Of a stretch of DNA of 64,000 bases, positions 10,038 to 20,900 are shown piece after piece. This DNA is from Lachnospiraceae bacterium (GTDB taxonomy: Bacteria > Bacillota > Clostridia > Lachnospirales > Lachnospiraceae): NCBI GenBank assembly GCA_016281385.1, contig JAEEIN010000062.1:1494-65493 (forward strand), given 5' to 3'. How positions within the stretch are numbered: position 1 is the first letter of the stretch; every line of letters starts with the position of its first letter. The notes under the pieces were generated by a model, which saw only the letters and a list, made by a program, of their open reading frames with translations, had not been told where the DNA came from and ran no database searches. The position numbers and the translations under genes are program-made.

Positions 10038-10880
10038 ATGAGAATAGGCGGAGGAATCGAAAAACCTTATAAAAACCCCGAAGAATGGGTTTCTTACGCA
10101 AAGGATCTTCGTTACAGTGCGGTCCTTTGTCCAATAGACAGTAAAAGCGACAGCGCAACAAGGGCCGAGTACAAAAAGGCCGCAAAAGATGCGGATCTTC
10201 TTATCGGTGAGGTGGGCGTATGGAGAAACTGCCTTTCAAAGAATGATGAGGAACGCAAGGCTGCAATGGAATATGCCAAGGCCCAGCTTGCCCTGGCGGA
10301 TGAAATGGGAGCAAACTGCTGTGTCAATATCATAGGAAGCCACAGCGATACTGCCTGGGACGGCTTTTCACCGGACAATTATTCCGATGATTTCTATGCC
10401 CTTGCGGTGGACAGCGTCCGTGAGATAATCGACGCTGTTAAGCCGAAAAACACCTTTTATTCCATTGAACCCATGCCCTGGGTACTGCCCGATTCTCCCG
10501 AGCAGTATCTTAAACTCATAAAAGATGTGGACAGAAATGAATTTGCGGTTCACTTAGACTTCGTAAATATGATAAACTGTGCTGAGAGATATTGCCGCAG
10601 TACAAAATTCGTACAGCATTGCTTCGATCTTCTCGGTCCATACATCAAGAGTATCCACGGCAAAGATTCCTTAATGGAGCAGGCATATACAGCCATCATT
10701 AAAGAGACTATGCCCGGAAAGGGAACCCTTGATTATCCGAAGATCCTTGCAATGGTTGAAAAATTGGGCCCGGACACGCCTTTGTTCGTGGAGCATCTTC
10801 CCGACTATGAATCCTACAGGGAAGCTTCTTCTTACGTAAGAAGAAAGGCAGAAGAAAGCGGTATCTTCGTCAAGGGCTGA
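10038..10880 (+). CDS. Sugar phosphate isomerase/epimerase (AP endonuclease 2 TIM barrel)
   Basis: IEPMPW, HLDFVN, IHGKD, PGKGTLDY and VEH metal-binding motifs. RBS GGAGG before ATG 10038. Confidence 0.8.
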   Translation: MRIGGGIEKPYKNPEEWVSYAKDLRYSAVLCPIDSKSDSATRAEYKKAAKDADLLIGEVGVWRNCLSKNDEERKAAMEYAKAQLALADEMGANCCVNIIGSHSDTAWDGFSPDNYSDDFYALAVDSVREIIDAVKPKNTFYSIEPMPWVLPDSPEQYLKLIKDVDRNEFAVHLDFVNMINCAERYCRSTKFVQHCFDLLGPYIKSIHGKDSLMEQAYTAIIKETMPGKGTLDYPKILAMVEKLGPDTPLFVEHLPDYESYREASSYVRRKAEESGIFVKG

Positions 10881-10901
10881 TAAGGTCGCAGGGTAGATAT
10901 C

Positions 10902-11588
10902 ATGGGAATAAACGCAGCCATTCTTATAGTGGATGATGATGAAAATATCGGAAATATGCTGGAGGAAGCATTGAAAACGGAAGGATACAGACCCATCCGG
11001 GCTTATTCGGGGACGGAAGCTTTAATGATCCTTGAACGGGAAAAGCCGGATCTTATCCTGCTTGACTTAATGCTTCCCGGTCTTTCCGGAGAAGATGTCC
11101 TTTCAAAAATAAAGGGTATTCCCGCCATTATAATGAGCGCTAAATCCGACGTGGATCACAAGGTAAAGCTTCTTTATGAAGGTGCCTGTGACTATGTTAC
11201 AAAGCCCTTTGTCATTTCGGAACTTCTTGCCCGTATTGCCGTGGTATTAAGGCTCTATTCCTCAGCGGCTCCCCAGGCAACTGCCGCTCCGGAAAACGTT
11301 ATAAGCGCAAACGGAGTGGATCTTGACTATTCTCTCTTTACCGCAACCTGCGCAGGTAAGGAGGTTTCACTTACCAGAACGGAGACCGCCATCCTTCATA
11401 TCCTTATGTTAAATGCCGGCCGTCCCCTTGGTAAAAACACCATTCTTGACCGTATAATGGACAGCACCCCCGATTGTACGGATCGTTCTTTAAAACAGCA
11501 TATCAGTAACATCAGAAAGAAACTTGAAGCCGCCGACGGCAAGGATCACATCGAAGCTGTCTACGGTATCGGTTTCCGTTTTCTCTGA
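10902..11588 (+). CDS. OmpR-family response regulator
   Basis: ILIVDDD, LLDLMLP and YVTKPF motifs; winged-helix end HISNIRKKL...IEAVYGIGFRF. Confidence 0.92.
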   Translation: MGINAAILIVDDDENIGNMLEEALKTEGYRPIRAYSGTEALMILEREKPDLILLDLMLPGLSGEDVLSKIKGIPAIIMSAKSDVDHKVKLLYEGACDYVTKPFVISELLARIAVVLRLYSSAAPQATAAPENVISANGVDLDYSLFTATCAGKEVSLTRTETAILHILMLNAGRPLGKNTILDRIMDSTPDCTDRSLKQHISNIRKKLEAADGKDHIEAVYGIGFRFL

Positions 11589-11639
11589 TCGTCAAAAATC
11601 TTGACGATTTCTTGACACTTTTTTGGCCGCTTTCTTGAC
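11588..11639 (+). promoter_or_regulatory. Three TCTTGAC direct repeats, candidate OmpR-family operator of the ABC operon
   Basis: TCTTGAC at 11599, 11610 and 11633 (spacings 11 and 23 nt). The first copy also lies within the inverted repeat ATCGTCAA-N5-TTGACGAT (11588-11608). Confidence 0.6.
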
Positions 11640-11697
11640 CTTTGTTTCTTATTATGTCCATGTAAACAGGAAACAGATAAAGAGAGAGGTACAAAAA

Positions 11698-12612
11698 ATG
11701 GAATATGTTTTCAATGCAGACAATCTTTCAAAATCATACGGAAAGTTCAAAGCCCTTGACGGACTGAACATGTCGGTGGAAAAGGGTTCCATCTACGGTT
11801 TCGTCGGAAAGAACGGAGCCGGAAAAACAACACTGATCCGTCTTCTTTGCGGACTCCAGCGTCCCACAGGCGGCAGCTTTGAACTCTTCGGAACATCCAA
11901 TGAAGGTAATTCCCTTTCACTTGAACGCAGACGTCTCGGCGCTGTGGTTGAATCTCCCGCAGTCTACAAGGACATGACGGCAAGGGATAACCTTATCCAG
12001 CAGCATCTCATTCTCGGATTACCCGATTTCAAAGAAGTGGACGAACTTTTAAATATAGTAGGCCTTGCAGATACAGGGAGAAAGAAAGTACGTAACTTTT
12101 CCCTCGGTATGAAGCAGCGCCTGGGCATTGCCATCGCCCTTTGCGGACATCCCGATCTTGTGATCCTTGACGAGCCAACCAACGGACTTGACCCTCAGGG
12201 AATCATCGAGATCAGAGAGCTGATCTTAAAGCTTAACCGCGAAAGGGGCATCACCTTCATCATCTCAAGCCACATCCTTGACGAGCTTTCAAGACTGGCA
12301 ACTCACTACGGTTTCATCGACAAAGGACATATCGTAAGGGAGATGAGTGCGGAAGAGTTAAGAAAGGAATGCCGCAAAGCGGTTCGCATGACGGTAAGCG
12401 ATACCGGTATCCTTGCAAAGATCATGGAAGAAAAGAATATCGAATACAAGATCATCGATGATACCCATGCGGACGTGTATACGGAGCTTAACTTCTCGGA
12501 TATCGCAGCGGCATTTGCAAGTGCAAACTGCAACATCATAACAATGGAAGAACACGACGAAAGCCTTGAAGCTTTCTATCTCTCCCTGGTCGGAGGCGGA
12601 GAACATGCTTAG
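11698..12612 (+). CDS. ABC ATP-binding protein, LanF/BcrA type
   Basis: GKNGAGKTT, an E-loop (GAVVESP) instead of a Q-loop, FSLGMKQRL and LDEPTNGLDP. Confidence 0.9.
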   Translation: MEYVFNADNLSKSYGKFKALDGLNMSVEKGSIYGFVGKNGAGKTTLIRLLCGLQRPTGGSFELFGTSNEGNSLSLERRRLGAVVESPAVYKDMTARDNLIQQHLILGLPDFKEVDELLNIVGLADTGRKKVRNFSLGMKQRLGIAIALCGHPDLVILDEPTNGLDPQGIIEIRELILKLNRERGITFIISSHILDELSRLATHYGFIDKGHIVREMSAEELRKECRKAVRMTVSDTGILAKIMEEKNIEYKIIDDTHADVYTELNFSDIAAAFASANCNIITMEEHDESLEAFYLSLVGGGEHA

Positions 12613-13372
12613 GATACTATATTCTGACTTACACAAGATAATAAACAGCAGAGGACTTAAGTTTTCCCTTTGGTTCTGCCTTATCTATCCCGTCGTTCAG
12701 GCGCTGGTCCTCTATCTGGTGGTTCATACCTACATGGGCGATGAACTCGCAGGCGAAGATACGCTTTTCAGTTACGCTTCCATAGGAGCACTGCTTGTAT
12801 CGGCGGCAGTCCTTTATCTGACCGTTTCGGATTTTTCGGACGGAACCATAAAGAACAAGGTCATAAACGGTGCAAAAAGAAGCGACATCTTCTGTTCGGC
12901 GGTTTGCGGCGGAATGTTCGCGGGAGTGCTTACCTCCGTCTTCTGTGCGGCAGGGGAGCTTCTCGCAGGTTTCATTTTTACAAAGGGGTATGAAATACTC
13001 ACAAAGGCCGATATTGCGAAGTATTTCCTCGCACTTGCCCTGGCTTCGGCTGCTGTAGGCGCATTCGCAACAATGCTTGTCATGATCTTTGGAGGGAGCT
13101 TCTTTGCATATATTCCCGGGCTGGTGATCGCTTTCTTCTTCAGGGTCATCAGCATGCGGGTAGCGGATAAGCTATATCCCGAAAACGGCGTCACCACATT
13201 AACGGGAACCAGGCTTAAGGTATACACCCTTTACGACAGGTACTTTCCCTATGCGCACTTTACGAACTACTTAAGATGGGATCTTTTAAGCTACGTGATC
13301 GGAGCAGCGATACTTATTGCGATCTCCTTCATTTTGGGAGTCATCATCTTTAACAGAAAAGAATTCAAATAA
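12605..13372 (+). CDS. ABC-2 type permease (LanE/G-like)
   Basis: About 6 TM segments; SDFSDGTIKNKVINGAKR motif; overlaps the ATPase stop. Confidence 0.8.
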   Translation: MLRILYSDLHKIINSRGLKFSLWFCLIYPVVQALVLYLVVHTYMGDELAGEDTLFSYASIGALLVSAAVLYLTVSDFSDGTIKNKVINGAKRSDIFCSAVCGGMFAGVLTSVFCAAGELLAGFIFTKGYEILTKADIAKYFLALALASAAVGAFATMLVMIFGGSFFAYIPGLVIAFFFRVISMRVADKLYPENGVTTLTGTRLKVYTLYDRYFPYAHFTNYLRWDLLSYVIGAAILIAISFILGVIIFNRKEFK

Positions 13373-13384
13373 ACGGGGGCATTT

Positions 13385-14137
13385 ATGTTCAACAATTATA
13401 AAGCAGGAATGGTAAGACTTTTAAAAAACATATATTTTATCGGAGGATGCCTGATAGCATTTTTCGTAACCTTCTTATTCAGTTCGGGAAACTACACGCT
13501 TCCCTTCCTGGCAAAATATCCGCTGATTGAAAGCACGGTATTTGTCAGTGCAGCCATCACTTTGTACTTCAGCGCTTTCACTCCGCTTTTCATGGCATCG
13601 GAGTATACGGATGGTTTCATCAGAAACAGGATCATCAACGGATATTCGCAAAAAGAAATCTATTTTGCAATGCTTCTTTGCATGGAAAGTGCGTTATTCA
13701 TAATGACACTGGTATATCTTGTGGGCGGCGGTCTCGGCCTTTTGATCGCAGGTGAAAGCATGACTTCTGAGGCTCTTTCAAGGATCTTTATCTACATCAT
13801 CGCAGTCTTTGGATATGTTGCTTTGATGACTACGGTATCCTTCCGCATCACTAAGCTTTTGGGCAGCGTGATAACCTGTGTTGTCATCTTCAATATGACC
13901 TTTAATCTTGTACTTTTCGGTAATGCGCTTGTAGCCTTTTCAAGCGGAACCGTCTTCAAAGTGGCCCGCATCGTTTACAACATCAACGTCCTGGGGCAGT
14001 GGTTCATCGCCACGGGGCTTGCGGATCTTGAAGCAAATCCCGGAACTGCTTCTCAGATCGTGATATCTGTATGTGTGTTCGCAGTTTCTGTATTGGCCGG
14101 TATCTTCGGACTTTCAAAGAGAGACCTTAAGAATTAA
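13385..14137 (+). CDS. ABC-2 type permease (second subunit)
   Basis: About 6 TM segments; SEYTDGFIRNRIINGYS motif, paralogous to the preceding permease; C-terminal KRDLK. Confidence 0.8.
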   Translation: MFNNYKAGMVRLLKNIYFIGGCLIAFFVTFLFSSGNYTLPFLAKYPLIESTVFVSAAITLYFSAFTPLFMASEYTDGFIRNRIINGYSQKEIYFAMLLCMESALFIMTLVYLVGGGLGLLIAGESMTSEALSRIFIYIIAVFGYVALMTTVSFRITKLLGSVITCVVIFNMTFNLVLFGNALVAFSSGTVFKVARIVYNINVLGQWFIATGLADLEANPGTASQIVISVCVFAVSVLAGIFGLSKRDLKN

Positions 14138-14238
14138 AGGGATTTCAAGGACAACTTTACAGGGCTTATGGGTGAGGAATATACTGTTTTTATTGATATA
14201 TACGGAACTTACCGATCTTAAACACCCTTGGAGGTTTT

Positions 14239-15114
14239 ATGAAATACCTGTTGATCGTCAGTTTGTTATTTAACTTGTTGTTTTTACTGAAAATAGTGGC
14301 TGTCAGAAAATCTGTCCGTAACCTTCGGACAGATTTTTCAGCCGTTTCCGGGCTGGATTCCAATATTATCCTTGGAGTTACGGGAAGGGATAAAGAGATA
14401 TGCAGGCTTGTGTCTTCCATGAATGAGGTGCTTGTAAGATTAAGGGAATCCCATAACAAGTATATGCTCGGAGATGCGGAACTTAAGACAGCCATAACCA
14501 ATATCGCACACGATCTTCGTACCCCCCTTACTGCCATCTGCGGATATCTGGAGATCGCCATGAAAAAGGATATGGACGACGAGCTCAGAAAGTATTTAAG
14601 CATCATCGACGAAAGGGCCGTTTATATGAAGGGTCTTACGGAGGAGATGTTTGAATTCTCCATACTCAGCAGCGGCGAAGTTACCGAGGAGAAGCAGGAG
14701 ATCTTCTTAAACAGGATGCTTGAAGACTGTGTGATGAATTATTATCCCTCGCTCATGGAAAGGGGGATCGAGCCCGTGGTTGAGATCACCGAAAGCCGCG
14801 TGGTAAGAAGTCTTTATCCTTCATATACCGAGAGGATATTCAACAATCTTATAAGCAACGCCCTTAAATACAGCGCCGGGGATCTTGAGATCTCCCTTTC
14901 GGAGGACGGAGTCTTTACCATTGCCAATTCCGCTCCTTCTCTCTCGGGTGTTGAAGTGGGCAAGCTCTTTGATCGTTTCTTTACCGTTGAGAATGCCAGA
15001 AAGAATGCCGGAGGCCTCGGTCTTTCCATAGTAAAGACCCTTGCGGCCCGTATGGACTGTGCTTTGAAAGCACGTTACGAAGAAGGCAGGCTCATCATCG
15101 AGATCGATTTCTGA
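14239..15114 (+). CDS. Small intramembrane-sensing histidine kinase
   Basis: Single N-terminal TM; NIAHDLRTPLT H-box, NLISNALKYS, LFDRFF and GLGLSIV. Confidence 0.88.
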   Translation: MKYLLIVSLLFNLLFLLKIVAVRKSVRNLRTDFSAVSGLDSNIILGVTGRDKEICRLVSSMNEVLVRLRESHNKYMLGDAELKTAITNIAHDLRTPLTAICGYLEIAMKKDMDDELRKYLSIIDERAVYMKGLTEEMFEFSILSSGEVTEEKQEIFLNRMLEDCVMNYYPSLMERGIEPVVEITESRVVRSLYPSYTERIFNNLISNALKYSAGDLEISLSEDGVFTIANSAPSLSGVEVGKLFDRFFTVENARKNAGGLGLSIVKTLAARMDCALKARYEEGRLIIEIDF

Positions 15115-15134
15115 TCCTTTTCTTTTTGCAATAA

Positions 15135-15196
15135 CAAAAAATGACATAAACTCTGACAAGAATGAGATAGAAAACAGTTTTTTTCTGCTATAAAAT
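15135..15196 (+). promoter_or_regulatory. Activator-type promoter of the GH120 gene with 21-bp-spaced direct repeats
   Basis: ATGACATA (15141) and ATGAGATA (15162), each preceded by CAA(A/G)A. An extended -10 TGC-TATAAA lies at 15186-15194, with no consensus -35. Confidence 0.45.
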
Positions 15197-15238
15197 TATC
15201 CTGTTAAGAATTCAGTATCTTTTCATACGGAGGTTACA

Positions 15239-17239
15239 ATGGCAAAAAACTATTATGTGGATCAAAACGCGGCTGCAGGCGGAGACGGCAGCAAGGAAAG
15301 ACCTTTTAAGCGTATTCAGGAAGCGGCTGACATCGCAATGCCCGGGGACGAGGTCATTGTTCTTCCCGGTATCTATCGTGAATATGTCAATCCTAAGAAC
15401 GCAGGTACCGAGGACGCAAGGATCACATATCGTTCATCAGAGCCTTTGAAGGCAGTGATCACCGGTGCCGAGATTCCTGAAAAATGGGATCATTACAAGG
15501 ACGATGTCTGGACAACACGCGTAGATAATTCCATCTTCGGAGATTACAATCCATACACCACTTTCGTATACGGTGACTGGTATTTCGCTCCCAAGGTAAG
15601 GCACACGGGAAGCGTTTATCTCAACGATCGCATGATGTACGAGACCGTGACGCTTGAAGAGTGTCTGAAGGGTGAGAAGGATCCTTTCGCATGGAACGAG
15701 GAGGAATCCACCTATAAATGGTTCACCGAGCAGGACGGAAACACCACCGTTCTTTATGCAAATTTCCACGGCCTTGATCCCAATAAGGAGAGGGTTGATT
15801 TTGCCGCAAGAAGAAACTGCTTCATGCCTGATAAGAACGGCGTAAACTATATAACCGTAAGCGGCTTTGACATCAACAAAGCTGCAACCACCTGGGCACC
15901 TCCCGCCGCATATCAGGACGGAATGGTGGGTCCCCACTGGAGCAAGGGCTGGATCATCGAGGACTGCGAGATCAGCAACAGCCGCTGCTGCGGTATTTCT
16001 CTCGGTAAGTACTATGACGAAGAAAACGATATGTACTTTACAAAAAAGCGGGTAAAGAGCCCCACACAGATGGAAAGAGACGCCGTTTGCCGCGGACAGT
16101 ACCACGGCTGGCTTAAGGAAAACATAGGTCATCACATCGTAAGAAGATGCCACGTTCATCATTGCGAGCAGACCGGTATCGTAGGCAGAATGGGCGCTGT
16201 ATTCTCAACCATCGAGGATTGCCACATTCACCACGTATGTAACTCCCAGCAGCTTGGCGGAGCTGAGACCGCAGGTATCAAGCTTCATGCCGCCATCGAT
16301 GTCACCATAAGAAGAAATCACATCCACAACTGTATCATGGGTGTATGGCTTGACTGGGAAGCACAGGGAGCGCGCGTATCCCAGAACCTTATGCATGACA
16401 ACCACCGTCCCGACGGTCTCGGTCAGGCGCCCGGCGCAATGTTTAACTGCGACGTATTTATCGAGGTAGGACACGGTCCCACTCTTATCGACAACAACGT
16501 ACTGCTTTCAAAGGTTTCGGTCATCATACCCAGCGAAGGCATCGCATGTGTTCATAACCTTATGCTCGGTTCCTTCGGACTTATCAATTCCGGAGTTGAC
16601 AGTGTCATTAACGGTCAGCGTGAGCCCCGTTTCACCCCTTACCACATCCGTCACAGGACCGAGGTTGCGGGTTTCATGACCATACTTCACGGCGATGACA
16701 GGATATTCAACAATATCTTTGTTCAGCACTATCCCATCACCGACGATACAAAGACCGCCGCTGACAGCGATTACCAGCATGTAGGAACCGCATGCTTTAA
16801 TATCTTCCCCACCTACGATGAATGGATCGCACCCTTCAAAGTAGGCGAGAATCCTGACATGGGAGGCCTTGCAACGGCTCACTTCGGACATCTCCCCGTA
16901 TGGGTTGACGGAAATGCCTACTTCAACGGCTGTAACCTCTATGACAAGGAAAAGAACCGTCTTGTAAACGATTCCGACAAGGCGGATATAAGCTTTAAGT
17001 GTGATGCAGACAAGAGCGTTCTGGAAACCAACGTCTTCGATCTTCTCGGAAGCTTCAAAGACAGCCTCATCACCAGCGACGTTTTAGGCTGTGCATTCGA
17101 GCCCGAACAGCGCTTTGAAAGTCCCGACGGCTCCGAAATTATCTTTGACAAGGACTACTTCGGAAACCACCGCGGAAGCGACATCATTCCCGGACCTTTT
17201 GCAAAAGCGGGAAACCGGTTTGAGTTTGCGGAGAAATAA
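15239..17239 (+). CDS. GH120-like beta-xylosidase (DUF1565 + right-handed parallel beta-helix)
   Basis: GDGSKERPFKRIQEAA..AMPGDEVIVLPGIYREYVNP, ATTWAPP, GPHWSKGWIIE, GAETAGIKLHAAID, WLDWEAQG and FIEVGHGP. No signal peptide. Confidence 0.82.
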   Translation: MAKNYYVDQNAAAGGDGSKERPFKRIQEAADIAMPGDEVIVLPGIYREYVNPKNAGTEDARITYRSSEPLKAVITGAEIPEKWDHYKDDVWTTRVDNSIFGDYNPYTTFVYGDWYFAPKVRHTGSVYLNDRMMYETVTLEECLKGEKDPFAWNEEESTYKWFTEQDGNTTVLYANFHGLDPNKERVDFAARRNCFMPDKNGVNYITVSGFDINKAATTWAPPAAYQDGMVGPHWSKGWIIEDCEISNSRCCGISLGKYYDEENDMYFTKKRVKSPTQMERDAVCRGQYHGWLKENIGHHIVRRCHVHHCEQTGIVGRMGAVFSTIEDCHIHHVCNSQQLGGAETAGIKLHAAIDVTIRRNHIHNCIMGVWLDWEAQGARVSQNLMHDNHRPDGLGQAPGAMFNCDVFIEVGHGPTLIDNNVLLSKVSVIIPSEGIACVHNLMLGSFGLINSGVDSVINGQREPRFTPYHIRHRTEVAGFMTILHGDDRIFNNIFVQHYPITDDTKTAADSDYQHVGTACFNIFPTYDEWIAPFKVGENPDMGGLATAHFGHLPVWVDGNAYFNGCNLYDKEKNRLVNDSDKADISFKCDADKSVLETNVFDLLGSFKDSLITSDVLGCAFEPEQRFESPDGSEIIFDKDYFGNHRGSDIIPGPFAKAGNRFEFAEK

Positions 17240-17254
17240 ATAATGATCTGCATT

Positions 17255-17292
17255 AAAGCCCTTTGGATAAATCGTATCCAAAGGGCTTTTTT
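17255..17292 (+). terminator. Intrinsic terminator
   Basis: AAAGCCCTTTGGATA-AATCG-TATCCAAAGGGCTTT followed by TTT. Confidence 0.88.
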
Positions 17293-17379
17293 ATAATAAA
17301 CGGTTTATCCGAATATGATTGAATAAAGTGGGTGTCTGCCCGTATTGGCATACCAATAAGATCACATGAGGGGCCCGAT

Positions 17380-17880
17380 ATGGAAGAAAAAAAGATCGTG
17401 ATCAGAGAAAAAGGCGCAGATTTGACGGAAGCGCTGCCCGATGGGTGCGAGGGCGTTATCAACGCCGATCCGGATGCGGCCGTAAGTGAGCGGTTAAAAG
17501 GCATAAAGTCCGAGGACAGACGAAAGAAGATCCTCATCATAGATGACGATACCATCATGCTAAAGGTGGTGAAGGAGCAGCTTCAGGACAAATACGATGT
17601 CGCTGTTGCAATAAACGGCCGCATTGCCTGCAAATATCTTGAAAACAAGCAGGCTGACATGATCTTTCTTGATTATGAGATGCCGGAAGAAAAAGGACCT
17701 GAGGTTTATGAGAAGCTTCGGCTGATAAAGGGTGTCGATTCGGTGCCCGTTGTTTTTATGACCGGAGTTAAAGATCTTTCAAAGATATTCGGAGTGATGA
17801 GTTCGGATCCCCAGGGCTGCATTTTCAAACCGATAGATAACGGTGTTCTTACGGGGACCATTGAGTATTTTGTGGGATAG
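17380..17880 (+). CDS. Stand-alone response regulator receiver protein
   Basis: ILIIDDD, IFLDYEMP, VFMTG and IFKP motifs; no output domain. Start uncertain. Confidence 0.8.
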   Translation: MEEKKIVIREKGADLTEALPDGCEGVINADPDAAVSERLKGIKSEDRRKKILIIDDDTIMLKVVKEQLQDKYDVAVAINGRIACKYLENKQADMIFLDYEMPEEKGPEVYEKLRLIKGVDSVPVVFMTGVKDLSKIFGVMSSDPQGCIFKPIDNGVLTGTIEYFVG

Positions 17881-17906
17881 TATAGATTCGGGGGACAGTT
17901 AAATTT

Positions 17907-20900
17907 ATGAATGTCAGTGTATTCTTTTATGTATCGATAGTTTTATGCATACTTGCCGTCATATTCGGACTCAGGGCGCAGCGGAAAAATCCGGGGTACA
18001 TAGTGACGACGCTTCTTCTGATAATCATGGACATCATCTGCATACGACTCATCGCGTGCAGTTCGGTCAGGGAAGCGGGGACGCTTTTCTTCTTATACTA
18101 CTTTATCCAGGCATGGATGTTTGTCACAACCTTCTGGACTATCAAGGGAATGTTTCTCAAACGCTATTTCCGGGGATTTCTTATTGCGTTTTTGATAAAT
18201 TCTGCGATCTCAACCGCAGAACTGATCCTGTGCTTCAATACTCCCAGAGTCCTCGCTTTTGACAGGGAGATCTCTTTCGGAAAGCTGTGGTGGGTGGCCC
18301 ATGATATGATCGCCGGACCTCCGCAACTGATAAGCATTCGCGCATTCGGCCTGCTTTGTTCCGCATCCAGTATTCTTATGATGGTATTTTTTATCGTGTG
18401 TACTGTGGGAACACAGAGGATCTTCAGAGGAAAATACCTTGTCCTTACCATATTCCAGATGGTCATTGTCGCAATGGGCATCATAAGCTCTGCACTTCAT
18501 CTGCCGGTGTGGATCATGACCATGGTGATGAATCCCATCTGCTATCTGACATACTATTATGTTTTTGCCTATTCAAGGTTAAAACTTCGTGACCGGGTTA
18601 TCGAGTCCTTTGCGGATGAGATGAGTGACGGACTTATCCTCTACGACATGTTTGATGAACTCATACACGCAAACAGCCTTATAAAAACAAAACTGACCGC
18701 AGAACTTTTAGAGGACATAAAGGACATAAATAAGCTTGAAGAGCTCTTAAGCCACACGGAGACTGTTGAGAGCAAAGAAGTATTTCCCTACAGGTATCTT
18801 GACAAGACTCTTTATTTTACCGTGCACAAGAAAGTGTTGGGCGAGGGCAAGAACTTTGTGGGAACGGTATTCATCCTTCATGATTCCACCAACAGCATCC
18901 TCCAGATCCGCATGATCGAGGAGGTGAACAGGGAACTTGAGCAGACCACAAGGATGAAGTCGGATTTCCTTGCGAACATGTCCCACGAGTTAAGAACTCC
19001 CATGAACGCCGTTATCGGACTTACCCAGATCGCACTTAAGGAAGAACTTTCCGACAGGGCAAGGGATTGCTTAAAGCAGATAAGCAGCTCCGGAAAGAAC
19101 CTTCTTAACATCATAAATGACATTCTTGACTATTCGAAGATCGAAGCCGGAAAGATGGAGATCTTCCCCGACGCATACGAGCCCTGCTCAGAGATCTACG
19201 ATATCGCAAATATCCTTCAGTCAAGGGTAGGAGATAAGGATATAGAGCTGTTTTTCCTCGTTGATACCAATCTGCCTCATGAACTCATCGGAGACAGCAT
19301 GAGGATAAGACAGATACTCATCAATCTGGCAAACAACGCAGTTAAGTTCACCGATTACGGCTATGTAATGATCACCCTTGATTGCGAGAACATTTCCGAT
19401 GATGAAGTCATGCTCACCTATCATATATGTGATACGGGACAGGGCATTAAGGAAATGGATCTCCAAAAGCTCTTTACAAGTTTCCAGCAGGTCAACAGCA
19501 AACGTAACAGAACGGTTGAAGGAACCGGCCTCGGTCTTGCCATTTCAAAGAGCCTCTGCGAAGCAATGGGCGGTGAGATCGGTGTTAACAGCGAATACGG
19601 GAAAGGCTCCGACTTCTGGTTCAGACTTCCTCAGAAGATCTCAGATCCCACAAGAGAGCTTGTTATTGAAAACGCTTCCGATAAGTTCGGTTTCTGCATA
19701 AATGAAAAAGAAAACATGACGGAAGAGTTTACGGAAGAGTTAAGAAGACTGGGAATCGAAAACCGCCTTATAAAGGATGTTTCCGAATACAAGCCTACGG
19801 GTAAGCAGGATTATCTCTTCATAGAAGATATCCTGTGGTCGCCAAAGACAGAATGGTTTGCAGAAGAGCATCCTGATGTAAAGATCGTTGTTCTTACAAG
19901 ATTCGATTCCGACTTCAAGTGCGAGAAAAAGAACGTCATCATCATGCACAGGCCCCAGACCACCCTTGCAATGGTCATGGTATTGAACGGCAGGAGCATA
20001 GAATCCTACAACCAGGGGGATGCCTACAATGTAAGACAGACTTTTGAGGCACCGGGAGCAAGGATACTTGTTGTTGATGATAATGCCGTGAACTTAAGCA
20101 TTGTCGAAGGGCTGATGGAGCCTCTTAAGATAGAGAGCGTTCTTGTTGAGAGCGGAACCGAGGCACTCAAGGTATTGAGGAAGGAACACTTTGATCTTAT
20201 CTTAATGGATCACATGATGCCGGGAATGGACGGGATCGATACCACGAAGGCAATCAGAGAAGAGATACCTGAGGTTTCCGATGTGCCGATAGTAGCCCTG
20301 ACCGCCAATGTTATGGAAGGCAGCAAGGCCATGTTCATTGAAGCGGGAATGGTGGATCTGATACCCAAGCCCATAGAGATAAGACAGCTTTACGCCAAGC
20401 TAAGAAACTGGCTTCCCAAAGATAAGATAAAGGAAGTGGCCGAGAGCGAGGCTGCAAAGGAAAGATCGGAAGAAGAAGTTCTTTTTGCCTGCCTTGACTG
20501 TGACAGGGCCATTAAGGGCCTCGGTTCAGAATCTCTCTTTAAGAAGATAGTATTTGAATATTATAAAAATGCGCCCGAAATCAGAAATTCCATAGTAACC
20601 GCCTTTGAAAAGGAGGACTGGGCCAATTATGCCATTGAGACTCATGCCCTTAAGAGTACCTCAAGGCAGATCGGAGCATTCGATCTGGGTGATCTTGCCG
20701 AAAAGCTTGAGTATGCGGGCAAGAGCCGTGATCTTGAAAAGATACGGGAACTGAATCCCGTTGCTTTGCAGGTTTATGACAAACTCATAGAGGATCTTTC
20801 CGCATACTTTAACGAAGAGACGGAAAGGAAAGATCTTCCCATGATAACGGAAGGAAAGCTTTTTGAGATCTTTGAGAAGCTGAAAGAAGCCTGCGATGAA

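Noticed and set aside
14138-14238. Weak long inverted repeat between the permease and the kinase
   Set aside because: It has too many mismatches to support a defined structure.
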